Shown here: positions 37,079 through 50,876 of the stretch, one piece after another
Position numbering within the stretch: position 1 is the stretch's first letter
Layout: every line of letters begins with the position of its first letter
The notes under the pieces: model-generated
Database searches by the model: none
The model's input: only the letters and a program-made list of their open reading frames with translations
What the model was told of the DNA's origin: nothing
Program-made: the position numbers and the translations under genes
DNA from: Spongospora subterranea f. sp. subterranea
Lineage: Eukaryota
Length of the DNA: 64,000 bases
Assembly (NCBI GenBank): GCA_049724395.1
Contig: JAUGWO010000155.1
Span: forward strand, 62,001-126,000
Direction: 5' to 3'

Positions 37079-37162
37079 AAGTTCAATCACCACTGGCACC
37101 GCCTGAATCCACTGTTGATGACTGGAACCAGTGATTCTGCCAGTGGTGTTTGTCGCGAACTT
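37079..37162. other. Compact stem-loop
   Basis: caccactggca(ccgcct)gaatccactg pairs with cagtgattctgccagtggtg; outer aagttc/gaactt also pair. Confidence 0.5.
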
Positions 37163-37465
37163 CAAGTGCGCGAACTTAAGAACCCCATAGACTTTTAAGC
37201 CGTATACTGTACTGTAGAATTTCATCCGTTTCGGCATTAAAACTTTCTTCCTTTTTTCCTTTTTTAAAGTTCTTACTGGTCAATTTTTTCGGACTTGCAT
37301 GACAGCTGGCGCCGGGACAGCCTGCGCTGTTCCTTGTCGGACCAGTCCTTCCATGTCGCCGCCATTGCGAATGAAAAAATCTAGTAGAATAGGCCAAACA
37401 CAAACGAGTCTAAAAGAATATCGTTGGATGCGGTAAACCCAAGCTACTAAATTTATTAACAGAGG

Positions 37466-37664
37466 AGATTTTAGGAAGCGCGTCAGCGCCGCATCATTCA
37501 ACATAGTCATGGGCTCTCAGATATCGGATTGACGACATTCTCAAATCGTAAACTTGGCGCAGAATGCAGGAAGGTTTCAATCTGAGATATGACTATTCTC
37601 ATGATACCTGGGAGTCCTTAACTATGTTGAATGATTGGGCATTGGCGGCGATACTTAAGTTCTC
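37466..37664. repeat. Short diverged inverted repeat, core 37493-37525 versus 37603-37635
   Basis: Reverse complement gatatctgagagcccatgactatgttgaatgat versus gatacctgggagtccttaactatgttgaatgat. Confidence 0.8.
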
Positions 37665-40600
37665 GGCACTTGTATCGTTCGCTGACGTGAGGGAGCCCAT
37701 CGGCACTGTCTTTAGTCGTGAACTTTGTGAACAAGATCACATATCGAATAATGTCGACGAGTTGTTGATACCAGAAATCCCTTGCCAGCAAACCTTGCCC
37801 GTTCCGCTGGATGTTCTCTGTTCAGGATTATTGCCGAAACTATTAGATCGTTCTCAGGTACCGATTCGCAGTTGCACTGTCGCCTTGAACGACCAAAGGA
37901 TGGTCTAAGTCGTCCGACAACATGGACCTATGTCTGCAGGTCGGTCGAATAGGTCAGCGCCCTCCTCCACAGTATTCCCCTAATGAACCGCTGACCGAGG
38001 ACGATGATGGCGAGCTACCGGAGCAAGTAAGGTTCAGGCGCCCTAATATTTCCCTTCTGAAACATCGGCCCACGATGGTACCTGGCGCTGCACAAACGGC
38101 TCGTATTTTGCCTAAATCTCCCTCTTCGTTGCTGGTTCCGCAAACGGAGCGGTTTGCTCGGCCCGGTCAACGCGTTAGGAAATTGGAATGGGGTCCAGTA
38201 CATCCTCCAACGCCAAGAAAAGCGGCGATGTTGCCGAAGGCGCTCGTGTACGTGCCAGAAAACGGTGGCCCAGCCGAGTTGGTGGCTAACCTCTTGCCTG
38301 GCACCGACAAGCAACGCTTGTTGAGACAAACGCGTTTGAAAGTGGTGGAAGGCTCCAGCCCACGAAGACCACCTATCAAACTCCCTCGATGCGACTCAGC
38401 CAAGTTCCGCCGCGATTTGATCGCGTTCACGGATCGACCGGAGCGGTCAAGACGCGATGAACGTCGCCGGGAGTTGCCTGACCAGCCTGTTATCGATTCG
38501 CGCCAAAGAAAAGACGTCGAATTGCTATCGTCATGGGTCGACTTGAAGTTGAGCGCTGCAATCGACGATCAAGGAAAACGTGTGCAGTTTTCGATTACGG
38601 TGGTGGCGACAGCGATTGACGATCTTATCCGTCAGATCACAGCGCATATGGCCGAACGAGGTGCCCTTCTCGCTTATCTCATTGATCTTGATCGAAAATA
38701 TCACGGCGAATCAGCCGAGCTCCACGAGCGCAAAGCTGTTGATGATGTTCAGGTCACGTATCGCCAACGAATTTTGACGTTGACGTCGACGCAGCGTCGC
38801 GACGCCGAGCGAGAAACCGAGGAACGGATGATGATCTGGAACGAATGCGAGAGAATGAAGGCGCACCTGGAGGAGCGGGATCTGATGCTGGCCGAGCTGC
38901 AGCAGCAGACGGCCGTTGATATTGCCAAACGCGACGACATGATCGAGAGTCAGATGAGGACGATCGAGCAGCTGGAGCGGTCGTTGGACGACCTCAGTGT
39001 GAACTTCGCCCAAGTCTCTGGGCAGATGGCCACACTGAACTGGGACCTGATAGAATCGAAGGAAACGATCGCCGATTTGCGTCTGAATTTGAAATTCGCC
39101 AACGAGCGGGCAACGACGACAACGTCGCCCGACATCGTTGAAATTCCGCAAAAACCAGTGGCGGATGATCAGACAGAGGAGAGTGCAGATAAAGCGGAAG
39201 AACTTGAGACGGTTCGCGATGCGGCGATCCGAATCCAGAGCCTGGTTCGAGGGCGACAATCCCGTCGGTTGGTTGCTCGACTATCGCCTGTGGTCGACCA
39301 ACCTCCGTTCAGCGATGTAGCCGTTGTCATCGATGTCCCTGAATCACTTCGGCGCCTGTTTCAATGCGCTCCCGAGGTAAGCGATGTCAAAACCCGGATT
39401 TCCCTCGATCTCAAATCTGAAATCAGCATCGCAACACGTGGACCATTTTCAAACGTTGATTGATGTTGTTTTTCGTGTGACTTCTCTGAGTTTTGGTTGA
39501 GTTGGGAATGACCGGAACGAGAAGTTGAAATGCCTGTTGGTCAGGTGCACGCATCATATTTCCCGCAGATGATCCCGCTGCCCAAGATGATGAAATGGGT
39601 GAAGGGAATATTTCTGGCCAAGCCTGAGTTCGATTTCCATTACGCCAAGCGCGGCGCCGCCCCTTTGCGATTCGCCGATCTCGTCTATGACTATTACCTC
39701 TCCCAGCACAGCTTAAGAGAAAGGTGAAACCTGTTTTTCTGGAGCTATTTGTTGTTTGAAAAACGCAGGCCATTTTTTTTGGGTCTGACTTCGTGATTGA
39801 ACAGCGCTGAGATGGATCTGATGGATCTTTGCCACAACATATCGTTATACCGATCCGAATGTGCCCGCATCCGATTGTTCAGCAGTTTCCTTTCTGAGCC
39901 TCCTTCACCCCGTGTCACCGACGCCACCATGATCGTTCACGAGGCGCTGCGCCTCTACGCCGCTGGCCCGTTCGAGACCGTCATTGACAATTGCCAGGGT
40001 GTCTGCTGGGTCGACGTGGAATCCGTTTTGCAAATAGTGTCGAAACTATTGAAGAACATCCCCAATATGGCCTCCGCTTTAAAACAGTTGCAGAACCGCG
40101 CCAAGACGTTGAGCGTTGCCCGAACTTTTACGGGCGCCAGCCGATCCGCGCATAAAGGCACCGATAAATATATGGACCTCGACGATTGTCTGGAAGTTAT
40201 CTGGGAGCTTTTTCGCCAAGAAGATGCTCGTCTAAATACTCAGCTAACCGAGGCGTTTGATGAGTACATGGCACAGTTTGCCGATAAATCAACGGATCGA
40301 TTGTCGCTGAACGATTTTGAAGCCGTTCTAAAACAGTTCGATGGTCGGCTATTGGACGGGCGTTTGTACAGTGTGGAGATGTACAGAGAGGCAGGACGTC
40401 ACGCTATTGGACAACAGATGAAGATCGAGGACTTAGTTCGGGCGGCACGAAACGGAGGGATACTACCGATTTCAATTGAAACCGATCAATTCCCACGAAT
40501 GGTGGCGAACAGGATTAGAAACCTGGCACAGGATAGCGGCGGGGTGATCGCGGTGATTGGCACGACGGATGGATTACCAAGCACTTTGAAGGCCAACACC

Positions 40601-41374
40601 GATGAACAAGTGCAGATGATGCAAAAACGCCTGGCCTCGATGCGAGAGAAGGTGATCGATACGGGAAATACGTGGAAAGCGAAACTCGAGCGAATGCAAC
40701 AAAAATATGATGGAGTGTCGTCTAAGCTCAGAGCTGAATACGATATGAAACTGGCGGACGCCGTCCAACTCGAGCGTGAAAAGCACGATAAGAAAATGCG
40801 GGAATTGGAAGAAGCGCATTCAGCCAAACTGCAATTGTGCTTCGAGAAGTTTGAGGAAAGACGAAACGCTCTTGAGGCGGCTAATGACGACGGAAAAGCC
40901 AAGCTAAAGTCGATGCAAAACGAGTTTAAGAGAGTGTCAGAAGAAACGGCAGAGGAGAAAGACGGGCTTTATAAAGCGGTAGACCAGCTAACAATGCAGC
41001 TGGAGAAGGAGGTGGCCAATTCCTCAGTGATTGCTAACGAGGTGGTGGCGCAAACCTCGCAGGCAATGAGCGATTTCGGTCAAGCGACGACATTGTTGTC
41101 TCGACAACTGATTGAGACGACGAGCGCGATGGAACGGGCTCGAATGGCGGAAGAAGACGTTCGGACGCGAATGCAGGCGCAAGCTGTACGCCAGGCAAAT
41201 GAATCCACAATGTTACGACGGTCAAAGCTGGCGCGCGGGGACTCCTTCCGAATTGGGAGCGATTTGCAGCAACTGGTCGCAAGTGTGCCGCCAATATCAA
41301 CAGTTGAGTTCCAAGGCATCGGCACAGGTCATCAACGAGCGATGACGGCTGGCGTCATGGAAAATAGTCCTTGA
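37564..41374 (+). CDS. Large coiled-coil protein with axonemal dynein light-chain-like segment, IQ motif and EF-hand-like region (probably flagellar)
   Basis: IDDLIRQITAHMAERGALL resembles the p28 dynein light chain motif; AAIRIQSLVRGRQSRR is an IQ motif; in-phase intron 37858-37939 and further introns near 39378 and 39724; start codon uncertain. Confidence 0.7.
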
Positions 41375-41545
41375 TGATAATTCCAATAGAATAATTTCAT
41401 AATCAGCAGCAAAAAAATTGATACGCTGATATAGCTTCGGGAATGATTGTAATCAAAGTACAGAACTCCCTGGTGATAAATTTGAGGCGTTTATTTGAAT
41501 AGGTAGAGATATGCATCGGAACGAATGAAACCAGGTTGACTAATT

Positions 41546-43623
41546 TTATGCACTGGTCGGAGCGTCACTTTGTAGGCCGATTTCATTGTCGACATCCTTG
41601 ATAAATGGCTCCAAGAAATTGAATAATTCTTCTTCCGTTCGGGCGGTAACCTGATTCGATAATGGTCAATAATTGAAACAAAAGAAGCGGATGCCGACCT
41701 CAATTGGTGAAATAGAAAATGCATCTTTGATCTCCTGAAACGAGCTCTCGTCAGCAGCAGAACAGATCAAATTGATAGCAATGCCCGGACGGCCGAATCT
41801 AATTGTTAACGTAAGCGATTAATAATCACAGTTAGGCTCGCCAGAAACAAACCTTCCAGATCTGCCAGTACGGTGATAATACGACTCATGATGAGAAACG
41901 CCTCTGATCATTGGAATATCGTAGTTTACAACACAAGAAACTTCTGGAACATCAAATCCGCGGTTCAACAAATCGGTGGTGACCAAAACGCTGGTCTCCA
42001 GGGCGCGAAACTGGTTGATAACCGTATCACTAAGATAAACACGGGTGAGCATAACCCTCTATCAACGCAAACAGCACTGGTGGATCTTACCGGTCTTGAA
42101 CGGAAACTTCACCATGAATCAACGAGGCTTTGTACCCTTTGGCTTCGAGTTTCATGAACAAATCCGTCGCCTGGTAGCGTTTGTTGACGAAAATGATTGA
42201 TTGGCCAACGTTCATTATCTTGAATAGGGCGCACATTATATCAAATTTAAACGCTTCTGTAGGACACTTAATTTCGAAATGTTTGATATGAGGAAGAGTC
42301 AGGTTTTTCATGCTGACGGTAATCTTAAACGGATTCGGTGACGCCATCTGTAGAACGCATGGGAATATAAACGCCATAAAAAAAACGCATTACTTTCATA
42401 GCGTAATCGCGAACTTTCGGGGGGAACGTGGCTGAGAATAACATGATGTGGCATGAACGAAGATAAGATACAATCTTGCTCGTATCAACGCCGAGACCGG
42501 CAACATTACTGGAAACGTTTGTTAACAATGAAAAATAAAAACTATTGCTAAGAGCGCATACGATCCAGTTGGCCCAGTAACCTCGTTCATCTTAATCATC
42601 TCGTCGGCTTCATCAACAACACAAGAACGAATACTGTTGACATTGAGGACCTTGTTGCGAATCAATTTCATTAAAGAACCAGGGGTGCCTAAACGCCAAA
42701 AAATTAAAGATTGAATAGACACCGTCTACTGAAGGCAATACGAAAGAGCGTCCAGAATCAAATGTCAAAAATTTGTTTACGTGAAGAAAGTGACTTCAAG
42801 ACGAGACAGTATTCGGACGTTTACCTATTATAACATGGGAAGTGACAGTTCTCGCAGTCGCAGCAGTGTCAGGAAGACACGTGAAAACTGTAATATCGGT
42901 GAATTTTGCCAAGGCAATCGTGACATCAGCATTTTGTTTGGCCAATTCCCTAATGAATACCATCACGAAGGCATCTCAGCAACAAATACATCAATTTACC
43001 GAGTTGGACAAATAACAATCGCCTGTGGCACGGCCTGTGCAGCATCAACACGATTGAGCACCGCCAGTACAAAGGCTGCAGTTTTGCCAGTTCCAGCAGG
43101 AGCTTGCGCAATGAGATTCTGTGGGCTGTATAAACACGATTAGAAAGCGGCAAAATCGGTGACAAAACTTTGAGTAAAACAAAAAGATTATGTTGATATG
43201 AAAACCAGTTGAAAATGTGCACTACATTTTGAAATGTTCAGGCTTACTTTTCAACGAGTAAATGAGGCAATGCTTTTGACTGAATTGGCGAAGGCATGGT
43301 CCAGTTCATAGAATGAACACCACGAAGAAGTTCCGATTTCCTGGGACAACGATCACTAAATGCAAATAGACGCCCAACGCAGATTCAATACAAATTCAGC
43401 GCTTCGAAGGTTTCAGACTCCTTCAGATCATGAGTGGCATCGGAAAGCCGAACCTGCTGTCGCTGTAGGGAGACAGGCGGGCCAAGATCTGAAAAGCCAG
43501 GATCAGGTCACCAAAACAACTGTCGCACGATGGTATCTGGTCACCGTCTTGTTCGGCATGTTCAGGACGCTCGCTGGCCGCTTGCTGACCGGGGTGTTCA
43601 GCTCGTTCGTTGACCGTCACCAT
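41546..43623 (-). CDS. DBP5: DEAD-box RNA helicase, DBP5/DDX19 type, many exons; 5' end uncertain
   Basis: [68 protein letters not shown]. Confidence 0.85.
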
Positions 43624-43875
43624 CGCTAAAGCAATGTCGAATAATTACTGATGAGATATGTGGCTGCGCTCACCCACGTGTCTATTGGAAAGTCCGCACT
43701 CCGCTGGCTAAAGACATGGCCGGGACGCAACCCTCGATGTTGACAGTCATCACGACGACACTAGACAGAACGCCCTCTTTTTACTTGTACATGGGTTTGA
43801 CATTTTTAAAGAATCTCATTACGAAAATGTGTTTATAAATTATGGATTATTTATATGGCACTTGAACTGTATCTC

Positions 43876-46860
43876 TCATGGCAGAGTGACAATGGGTTTC
43901 GACCGTGCCCGCGCTTCGGCGAACACACGATGCAAGTTTTTGATGGCGATAATCTCCTCTTGACTGTACAGCATCTGGTGAGACTGCAAAAAAACATCCA
44001 CATCAGTTTCTTTCAACAGTTCCCAGTACTGCCGCGCCCTATCCAGGCTTGGATTGCTGTTCGGCGCTACAAGCGCCAGGTTTTGCTGCAAGGCAAATAC
44101 TGAATCAAAGTAATTAACATCGCATTAATCAGCGGGACAAAAAGACATACTATTTCGCAGGATCCTAGCCTGGCCCTGACGGTTAATCAGCTTATTCTGC
44201 ATAGCGGCAGCGTTTCGGATTAAAATCAGCGTCACAACCAGAACCTGGGTACCGAAGATGTGATCCAGAATTTCTCGAGGTTGTGATAATACAGTAGATA
44301 ACGCCTCGTCAGCCGAACATAAATCCTTATTGAGATCGACCACGAACTTTTCCGCTTCGGAAGTTTCGTCGCGCGATGCATAATCGCAAGACACCATGTT
44401 GCCCAGGAAGTAGAAAGAATGGCAGTGAAATTCGATTCGCAGTAACATCGTGCACTTCTCTGCTAATAACTGGAATCCATGCTGAATGTTGGGAGGAATC
44501 TCGAAAAGTTGACCCGAGGAACTTGGATTTGTAAGCGTGACAACTCGTTGTAGCAGCCAGGTTAAAGATTCCGAGATAACAGCAATAAGTTGCCACTGCT
44601 TTGGGTCGAGCAATAGCTGTCCCTGATCAAGCCGATCTAACTGATTGAGAAGGCGATAATAAACCGGGATTTCTTGTTTGAAGAACTCTGCCTGTGTGAG
44701 TTTAGTTATGGTTTTAGACGCGTGATTCTGCTGATAAATTGGATCCTGCCTTAGGATCTCGATAACGGCTGGATCACCGACGAGGCAGACCGAATATATC
44801 CCGGACGTAACCTCCTGAAACTTCTCCTGATAACGGCCCAGCACTCGCGTCAAAATCCCAATGATACACTCTTGTAAGGCCATCTTATCGTAGGGTAAGC
44901 GAAAATAATCATCCTAAACTCATTCAAATCACCCATGACAGAATAAATCACCGTAATACATCATACCATAATGTGCTCAATAACGCCTGAAACTTCAAAG
45001 ACGCTGACTGCCAACCCAGGCGTCAGCCGAATCATTATCATGCTCAGATCGGGAGCCAGATTCATGCAGCGCGAAGGCAAATGAATTGGCAAAGATTTCA
45101 TTGACCCGAAAGTTGGCATCGGCTCTGACTCTAGGAACAAACGAGACTTTCACGAAGGACGCAAGCATATCTCTCAACATATCGCCTTGGTGTTTTCGCT
45201 GCACACTGGTAAGGTTTTTGGCCTGATCTGTAAAATCCATAACCGGCTGATAGATAATTAATATGTTATCGGGCAGAACGGGAATCCAGTTAAGGTTGCT
45301 GGTGGTGTTTGGTTCTTGAACAGCAACGGGCGATCCAACTACCGACGGGCGTTTTTCGCCGTTTTGACTAATGCCACTTACGCTAGCCACGCAACTGTCG
45401 GCAAACGAAAAATTCAATTTCATTTGATTTGACGAACCCATCGCACTTGGTGACGATATTTCCAATGTATTGGAATGCGAAACCGTACGTAGAGTAGGGA
45501 CAGAGGGATGACTGGACTGTTGAAGATACGATAGCAACATAGCCCAGGTCTCACTTTGCATTTCGAACCAGCATCGGACAATCCCGTACGCGTCCTCTGA
45601 AAAAGGAACGCTTTCTAGACTATTTAATAGCCGACACACAAGGTTATGGTTGAATAACACGCGAGTGAAAGCGGAAAACACTTGCTTCAACAATTCAATT
45701 AGCGTATTGTGAGCCCAGGTTGATCCACGACGCGATGCTTGAGACCTTGGTGATGAGAAAGCTTCTTGCTTTATCGCGTTAGTTTCCGATTCGATAATTG
45801 CACGCAAAGCGGGTCTTAATCGCTTCAACAACCCCGTACGTGCAGCAGGAAGCCTCTGCAGACGGTGCAAGGCGTGTGTCAACAGCGTCATATATCTGGT
45901 GGAATCTTGTTCGGGATTCCGAATAAACTCTGGTAAAGCTTCTTGAGCCAACAACGGTCGTAATGTGCTGTCAATGTCTGACGTTGACACACCCGGATCA
46001 ATGCTGAGTTGGTTCGAGCTGGTATTTGCGGTGGCACCATATTGTGACACGACAAGAGAAACGTCGTCGACCGGTTGCACAGTACTTTGAAATGACTCTG
46101 CATTTTGTAAACGCGAACGAGGACCAGAAGACTTGAGATATATTTGTGCATCGAGCTGATCGAGAAGGTCTTCCGATAAATGATTTCGAGTCTCTAAGAT
46201 ATTGTCGTGGATGTCCTTTAACGCGCCAATGTCCTTCAGATCGTCTTCGAATAGGGCATCGATCGCTCGACTTAAAAGCAAAACGCCGTGCAAATACTGT
46301 TTTTTCTTCAGATACTGCTTGAGCAAATCGGGAACACGCGACATTTCAATAACACGCTCAACAATTTCAGTGGCAAATTGAAGTTTCATATTCTCCATGT
46401 ACAGCGAATAAAGACGCTTTTGGTTGCGGTTTTCAATCAGACGACGGGCCTCTGCCATCGACTCCTCTACCTTAGTACAATGTTTTTGATTCGTCGTAAA
46501 TGACCCTAAGATTGCGGTGAAGCTATTCGTCGAAGTATTAAATCCCTTGTGATACTTGTTCACTAATACATCCTGGTTGAAAAAAATAACTCAACCAACC
46601 GAATTGGAGAAAAGTTAATCGAGTCTACCACTGCATCTTCGACAACACCTAACCAGTTATTCAACTCCTAAAAACAAGGTTATGAAATGCGACGACATAT
46701 CATTTGGCACAGCACGAGCCTTTGGATCCCAATCCAAGTATTTGAATGGACTGAACGTGTCTGCATCAAACACATCGCCAGGGATCTTGGACCTGGTAAG
46801 GTTAGCCAGCACCTCCTTCTCGTCCTTATCCTCTGTCCCGGTGTAAGATCGGGTCGACAT
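43876..46860 (-). CDS. SEC8: Exocyst complex component Sec8/EXOC4
   Basis: YHKGFNTS..SF..IL, KQYLHGV.LL...I..L...DL..IGAL.DI, C..LLRIEF.CH.FYFL and FV..LNKDL match Sec8 motifs. Confidence 0.85.
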
Positions 46861-47514
46861 TTACAACGGCCTCAGAAGGTCATTACGAAAACAAATGTCT
46901 TCACAGAGTTCATGTGGCGGCCACGGTGATTACCGTAACAGAACACATAATGTAGCGTAGGACACTCGAATTCACTTCTGTAGATCAGGTTTTATAGGTA
47001 GATATGCAATAGGCCGCGCACACTGGTCCGCATTCATTTCACTCGTTCCGGTCGTTGAAAAGGAGTAAATAGTGTGACGTTATGAAGAGGAAAGAAAGGG
47101 ACAATGATGGGAGCAGAATCACCCTGTTTACTGCTTTGCAGCGTCACGGATGAGCGTTGGAATGTTAAAACCAAAGTTCTGTCAAGAAAATTAGAGACGG
47201 ATGACGGCAACGCTGTACAGATTGGAAATGTTTTTGTCTTATTGAAACGGGAAAATTAGGATTAAAGTATCTCATTTTGACAATTTTTTCAACATCTGGA
47301 CAAGCCAACAAGTTGATGGTGGCTATTGGATCAGACCTTCATCCGAATTTTCCCTATTGATATTGATATCGGTATTTTAGTGAAATCTATCGTGCGTTGA
47401 CCACCCCACAACGGTAGCGTCGTTGTTATCAATGTTATGAGCAGCAAAATGGAATACAGCACGTTACTGCAACAATATTAGTTTGATGAGACGGCGAGGG
47501 CCATTTACACCCAT

Positions 47515-48100
47515 ACGTCGGGGAAAATCGCCAGCCGAATAACTGGTCTACCTCATGTCAACGGAAGAAACTCAACAAGTCGGCCATTCAGGCAGCTCGA
47601 GGGATTGTTTCTCGAGCAACTCGTCATCAGAGATGCATATCGGCCCGAACCACCAAGGGGAGCTTTTCAACAGCCCACGCTTTAGTACAGCTGAATGGCT
47701 TCTGGATGACAACTTATCAATACCGCCTTCCCTGAGAGCACCGGCGATCCAGGGAACGGCTATTATCTCCAATGGCCCGATTTTCGATTCTGAGCAACGA
47801 CAACGACTTAGACATCAGGGATATTTTTTCATATGTACTTGAGAATCGACGTTCTCGTTTCCGATGGAACCTACGTTTGCATCCCCGGGTTGGGCGATCG
47901 CTTTTCTCGGGTGCGTTTTTGTTTTGGTCGACCCTTGATCTTCACGTGCAGCGGATTGAGTACCGCTGACAATAACAGGGATAGAACCGCCTCTGTCGGT
48001 GGCCGCATTTTTGGCCCATTCGAGGTACAAAGGCATGCTTCGAGAAAGGCCGGGCGGATTCATGCTTTGCTCAAATCAGGAATCCTCGACGTGGAAAAGT
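47515..48100 (+). pseudogene. Inverted pseudogene copy of the Zn2Cys6 gene at 49499-50182
   Basis: Shares SNSSSEMHIGPN..GEL.NSPR.STAEWLLDD.LSIP; start ATG is ACG at 47515; frameshifts; most of the zinc cluster deleted (HSRYK joined to CFEKGRADSC). Confidence 0.85.
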
Positions 48101-48459
48101 CACCATAAAAAAAAATCAGTGGACATCCTTACAGAAAATATAATCAACGTCTCAAGATCAACTCCATTTTATTGATAAACCCACAAATATCAAGTGACCA
48201 AGGTAACTGTTCTGAAAACACACACTTCACGGGCTGGCATAATATGGAATCAACATCTTGTCCAAATTCCTAGTCACCAATCTACTTTTTAGACGGACGA
48301 TAGCCGAAGCCTGTTTATATCGTCTGAATCAACAAGATATCACGGCAATCGTTTTAGTACAATAAGCGCCCACAAGACCTGGGCTTTTGTAGCCACATCG
48401 TTAACAGTCTCAAGCAGAATTGGGATGTAACTGGTGTCGGGGATTCACAACGAATTTCA

Positions 48460-49310
48460 GTGATGCAACTCAAACGCGATGGCACAACAGGATCCATATC
48501 ACTACGTAATCTACCATGAGTCCATGACGCTTCAATATGGGGTGCTGCAAATCTGTGGGCACGCCTGATCAAACTGATTTGTATCTCAGCAAGACCTGAG
48601 TCCTTTCAGTAATCAAGATCGTGAGGACATGAAAACCGTCCCCTACTCGAAACTAATCGGCAGTTTGAACTGGCTTGAAACAACTAAACGACCAGACATG
48701 ACGCACGTTGCTGGCAATCTTTGCAGGTTCATAGGCATGCGCGGGCGCCGTCATTGAACGGCCCCAAAGAGAGTTGTTCGCCACCTCTCCCTCACCGTGT
48801 CTATGGACTCACGTTTAACAAGCTCCTTTAAGGGTACAGCAATGCCCATTATCGTTTACAGCGATGCTGACTGAGCAATCCTGCTCATCGTCGATCGACA
48901 CCGGGGTTTGTCTTGACAGTTTCATGTCTCTCAAGTATCATGGAGATCGAAACTTCAACTCCCTACCGCATTATCGTCCGTTGAGGCGTCATGCATCGCA
49001 TTATATGCAGCATCTCCCGAGGCGAAATGGGTTAGTCAAAAGCTTTCTGAACGTGAGTATCCCGAACCGTTTGCTACAACCATTTTTTCGAGGACAATCA
49101 TGGTAGTGCAGAAAATTGCACAGATGCGCTGAATAGCATTTTCGCGTCAAGTATGATTTTGTAAGGCAGTTAAATGGGAATGATAAATTGAAATCCAATG
49201 CATGCCAAGGTCGAACACATGCCTACCGAGAGAATGATGACTGACATCGTCACTAAATCCTGTGCTGGACAGACGCTCAAGAAATTTACTCCCTCGTTCG
49301 GTTGGGTTTA
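48460..49310 (+). mobile_element. Ty1/copia RT-RNase H remnant
   Basis: VPYSKLIGSLNWL.TT.RPD......LCRF, KRVVR.L, VYSDAD, LSSVEA, VEHMPTERMMTDIVTK; many stops and frameshifts. Confidence 0.85.
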
Positions 49311-49498
49311 AAGAGGCGTGATAAAGATTAACCCCATTCCATGATTGTTAGCCCACAGATATCGAACATCCCTAAGCGCCAATGACCATGCACCGCTTTC
49401 ATGAATGTAGATTTGGATAATCACCAGCGGGTTATTGAGCGGTAGTTAATAAGTTAACTGGGTAATTTATTTTGGCCTTTTCATTGCTCTACCAACGG

Positions 49499-50182
49499 CT
49501 AATGCACAGTATAAGTACATCTTTTTCTGGGGACGTCATTTGATTTTATGCGGTTCACTCTTCTACGTCGAGGATTCCTGACCCGATCAACGCATGAATC
49601 CGCTCTGCCTTTCTCGAAGCATCTCTTGCATGGGCGATGATGGTCGCAGGCGAGCTTTTGGCGCGAACAATTGACGCACGCGATCCTTGTATTGTACCTT
49701 GGATGGGCCGATTTTCTTCTCTCTTCCATTATGTCGGTGTTCAAAACAAATGCGGCCATCGACTGAGGCGGTTCTATCTCTGCACTTGTCAGTTGCGTCG
49801 GCAATATCGGGGGTGCAAGCATAGGTTCCATTGGTAGTGACAACGTCGATTCCAAAGTACATGAAAAGATGTCCATGATATCCAAGCCGTTGTCGTTGCT
49901 CAAAATTGACATCGGTTCATTGGAGATGAAAAACGTTGGCAGAGGCATGGGATCGCCGGTGCTTTCAGGGAACAACGGTATTGACAGATCGTCATCCAGA
50001 AGCCATTCAGCTGTACTTAATCGTGGGCTGTTGAGGAGTTCCCCGTTGGAATTCGGGCCGATATGCATTTCTGATGACGAGTTGGATAAGAAACAATCCA
50101 TCGAGTGGTCTGAATGGCCGACTGGAAAATTTATCACCTGAAATACGGTAGAACTAGATGTTTGGCCGAACGAAAGCGACAT
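49499..50182 (-). CDS. Zn(II)2Cys6 binuclear-cluster (GAL4-type) putative transcription factor, C-terminal cluster
   Basis: ACVNCSRQKLACDHHRPCKRCFEKGRADSC = C-x2-C-x6-C-x5-C-x2-C-x8-C, followed by basic RNPRRRR. Confidence 0.85.
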   Translation of the reverse strand: MSLSFGQTSSSTVFQVINFPVGHSDHSMDCFLSNSSSEMHIGPNSNGELLNSPRLSTAEWLLDDDLSIPLFPESTGDPMPLPTFFISNEPMSILSNDNGLDIMDIFSCTLESTLSLPMEPMLAPPILPTQLTSAEIEPPQSMAAFVLNTDIMEERRKSAHPRYNTRIACVNCSRQKLACDHHRPCKRCFEKGRADSCVDRVRNPRRRRVNRIKSNDVPRKRCTYTVH

Positions 50183-50876
50183 ATGGTTGTGAATGGCCCT
50201 TGCGGACCCATAAACTAAGATTGTTCAATCAACGTGCTGCATTCCGTTGTGGTTGCTCATACCATTCATGACAGCGATGTTAACTTTGTGGGGTGGTCCA
50301 ACGCACGACTGGCTTTTCAAACATACCGATATCTAGATTAATGGGGAAAATTTGGTTGAATCATTGATCCGTTAGCCACCTTGACCTGCATGCGTTTTCA
50401 CCGTTGCCTTGGAAAAATTAATCAGAACTGACACTATTTTATCAGAATTTCCCTTTTGAACAACCACAAGCCGAAAATAATATACCTTGGATAATTACAC
50501 CAAACAATTTCAATGGCTAACTCCACTACCCGCTCTGTACCCGCTGGCGATAATGCGCGTCAACATTCATGAGTTCATCAGCGATCGAAAACCTTGAGAA
50601 ATAGAACATCGAGCTAGTCGATGGATGATAATCGTATCTGATACTCCTGTACAATTAGTTGAACTAAACCCTGCTGGTCCAGCTGCGCAGCAGCAAATAT
50701 CGGAAAGATCGTATTTTCTGAGAAAAATGTGAAAAATGTTTTTATTTTGTCCGGAAAAATAGGTGTCCGCAGACTGACATTGGTTTGGAATAAGAGGGCC
50801 GCGCCCCCGTTCGTTCTGTCCCAACCACATCACGTTTCATTCAATGTAATCATTAAACAGATCGTCAGAGGCGGAA

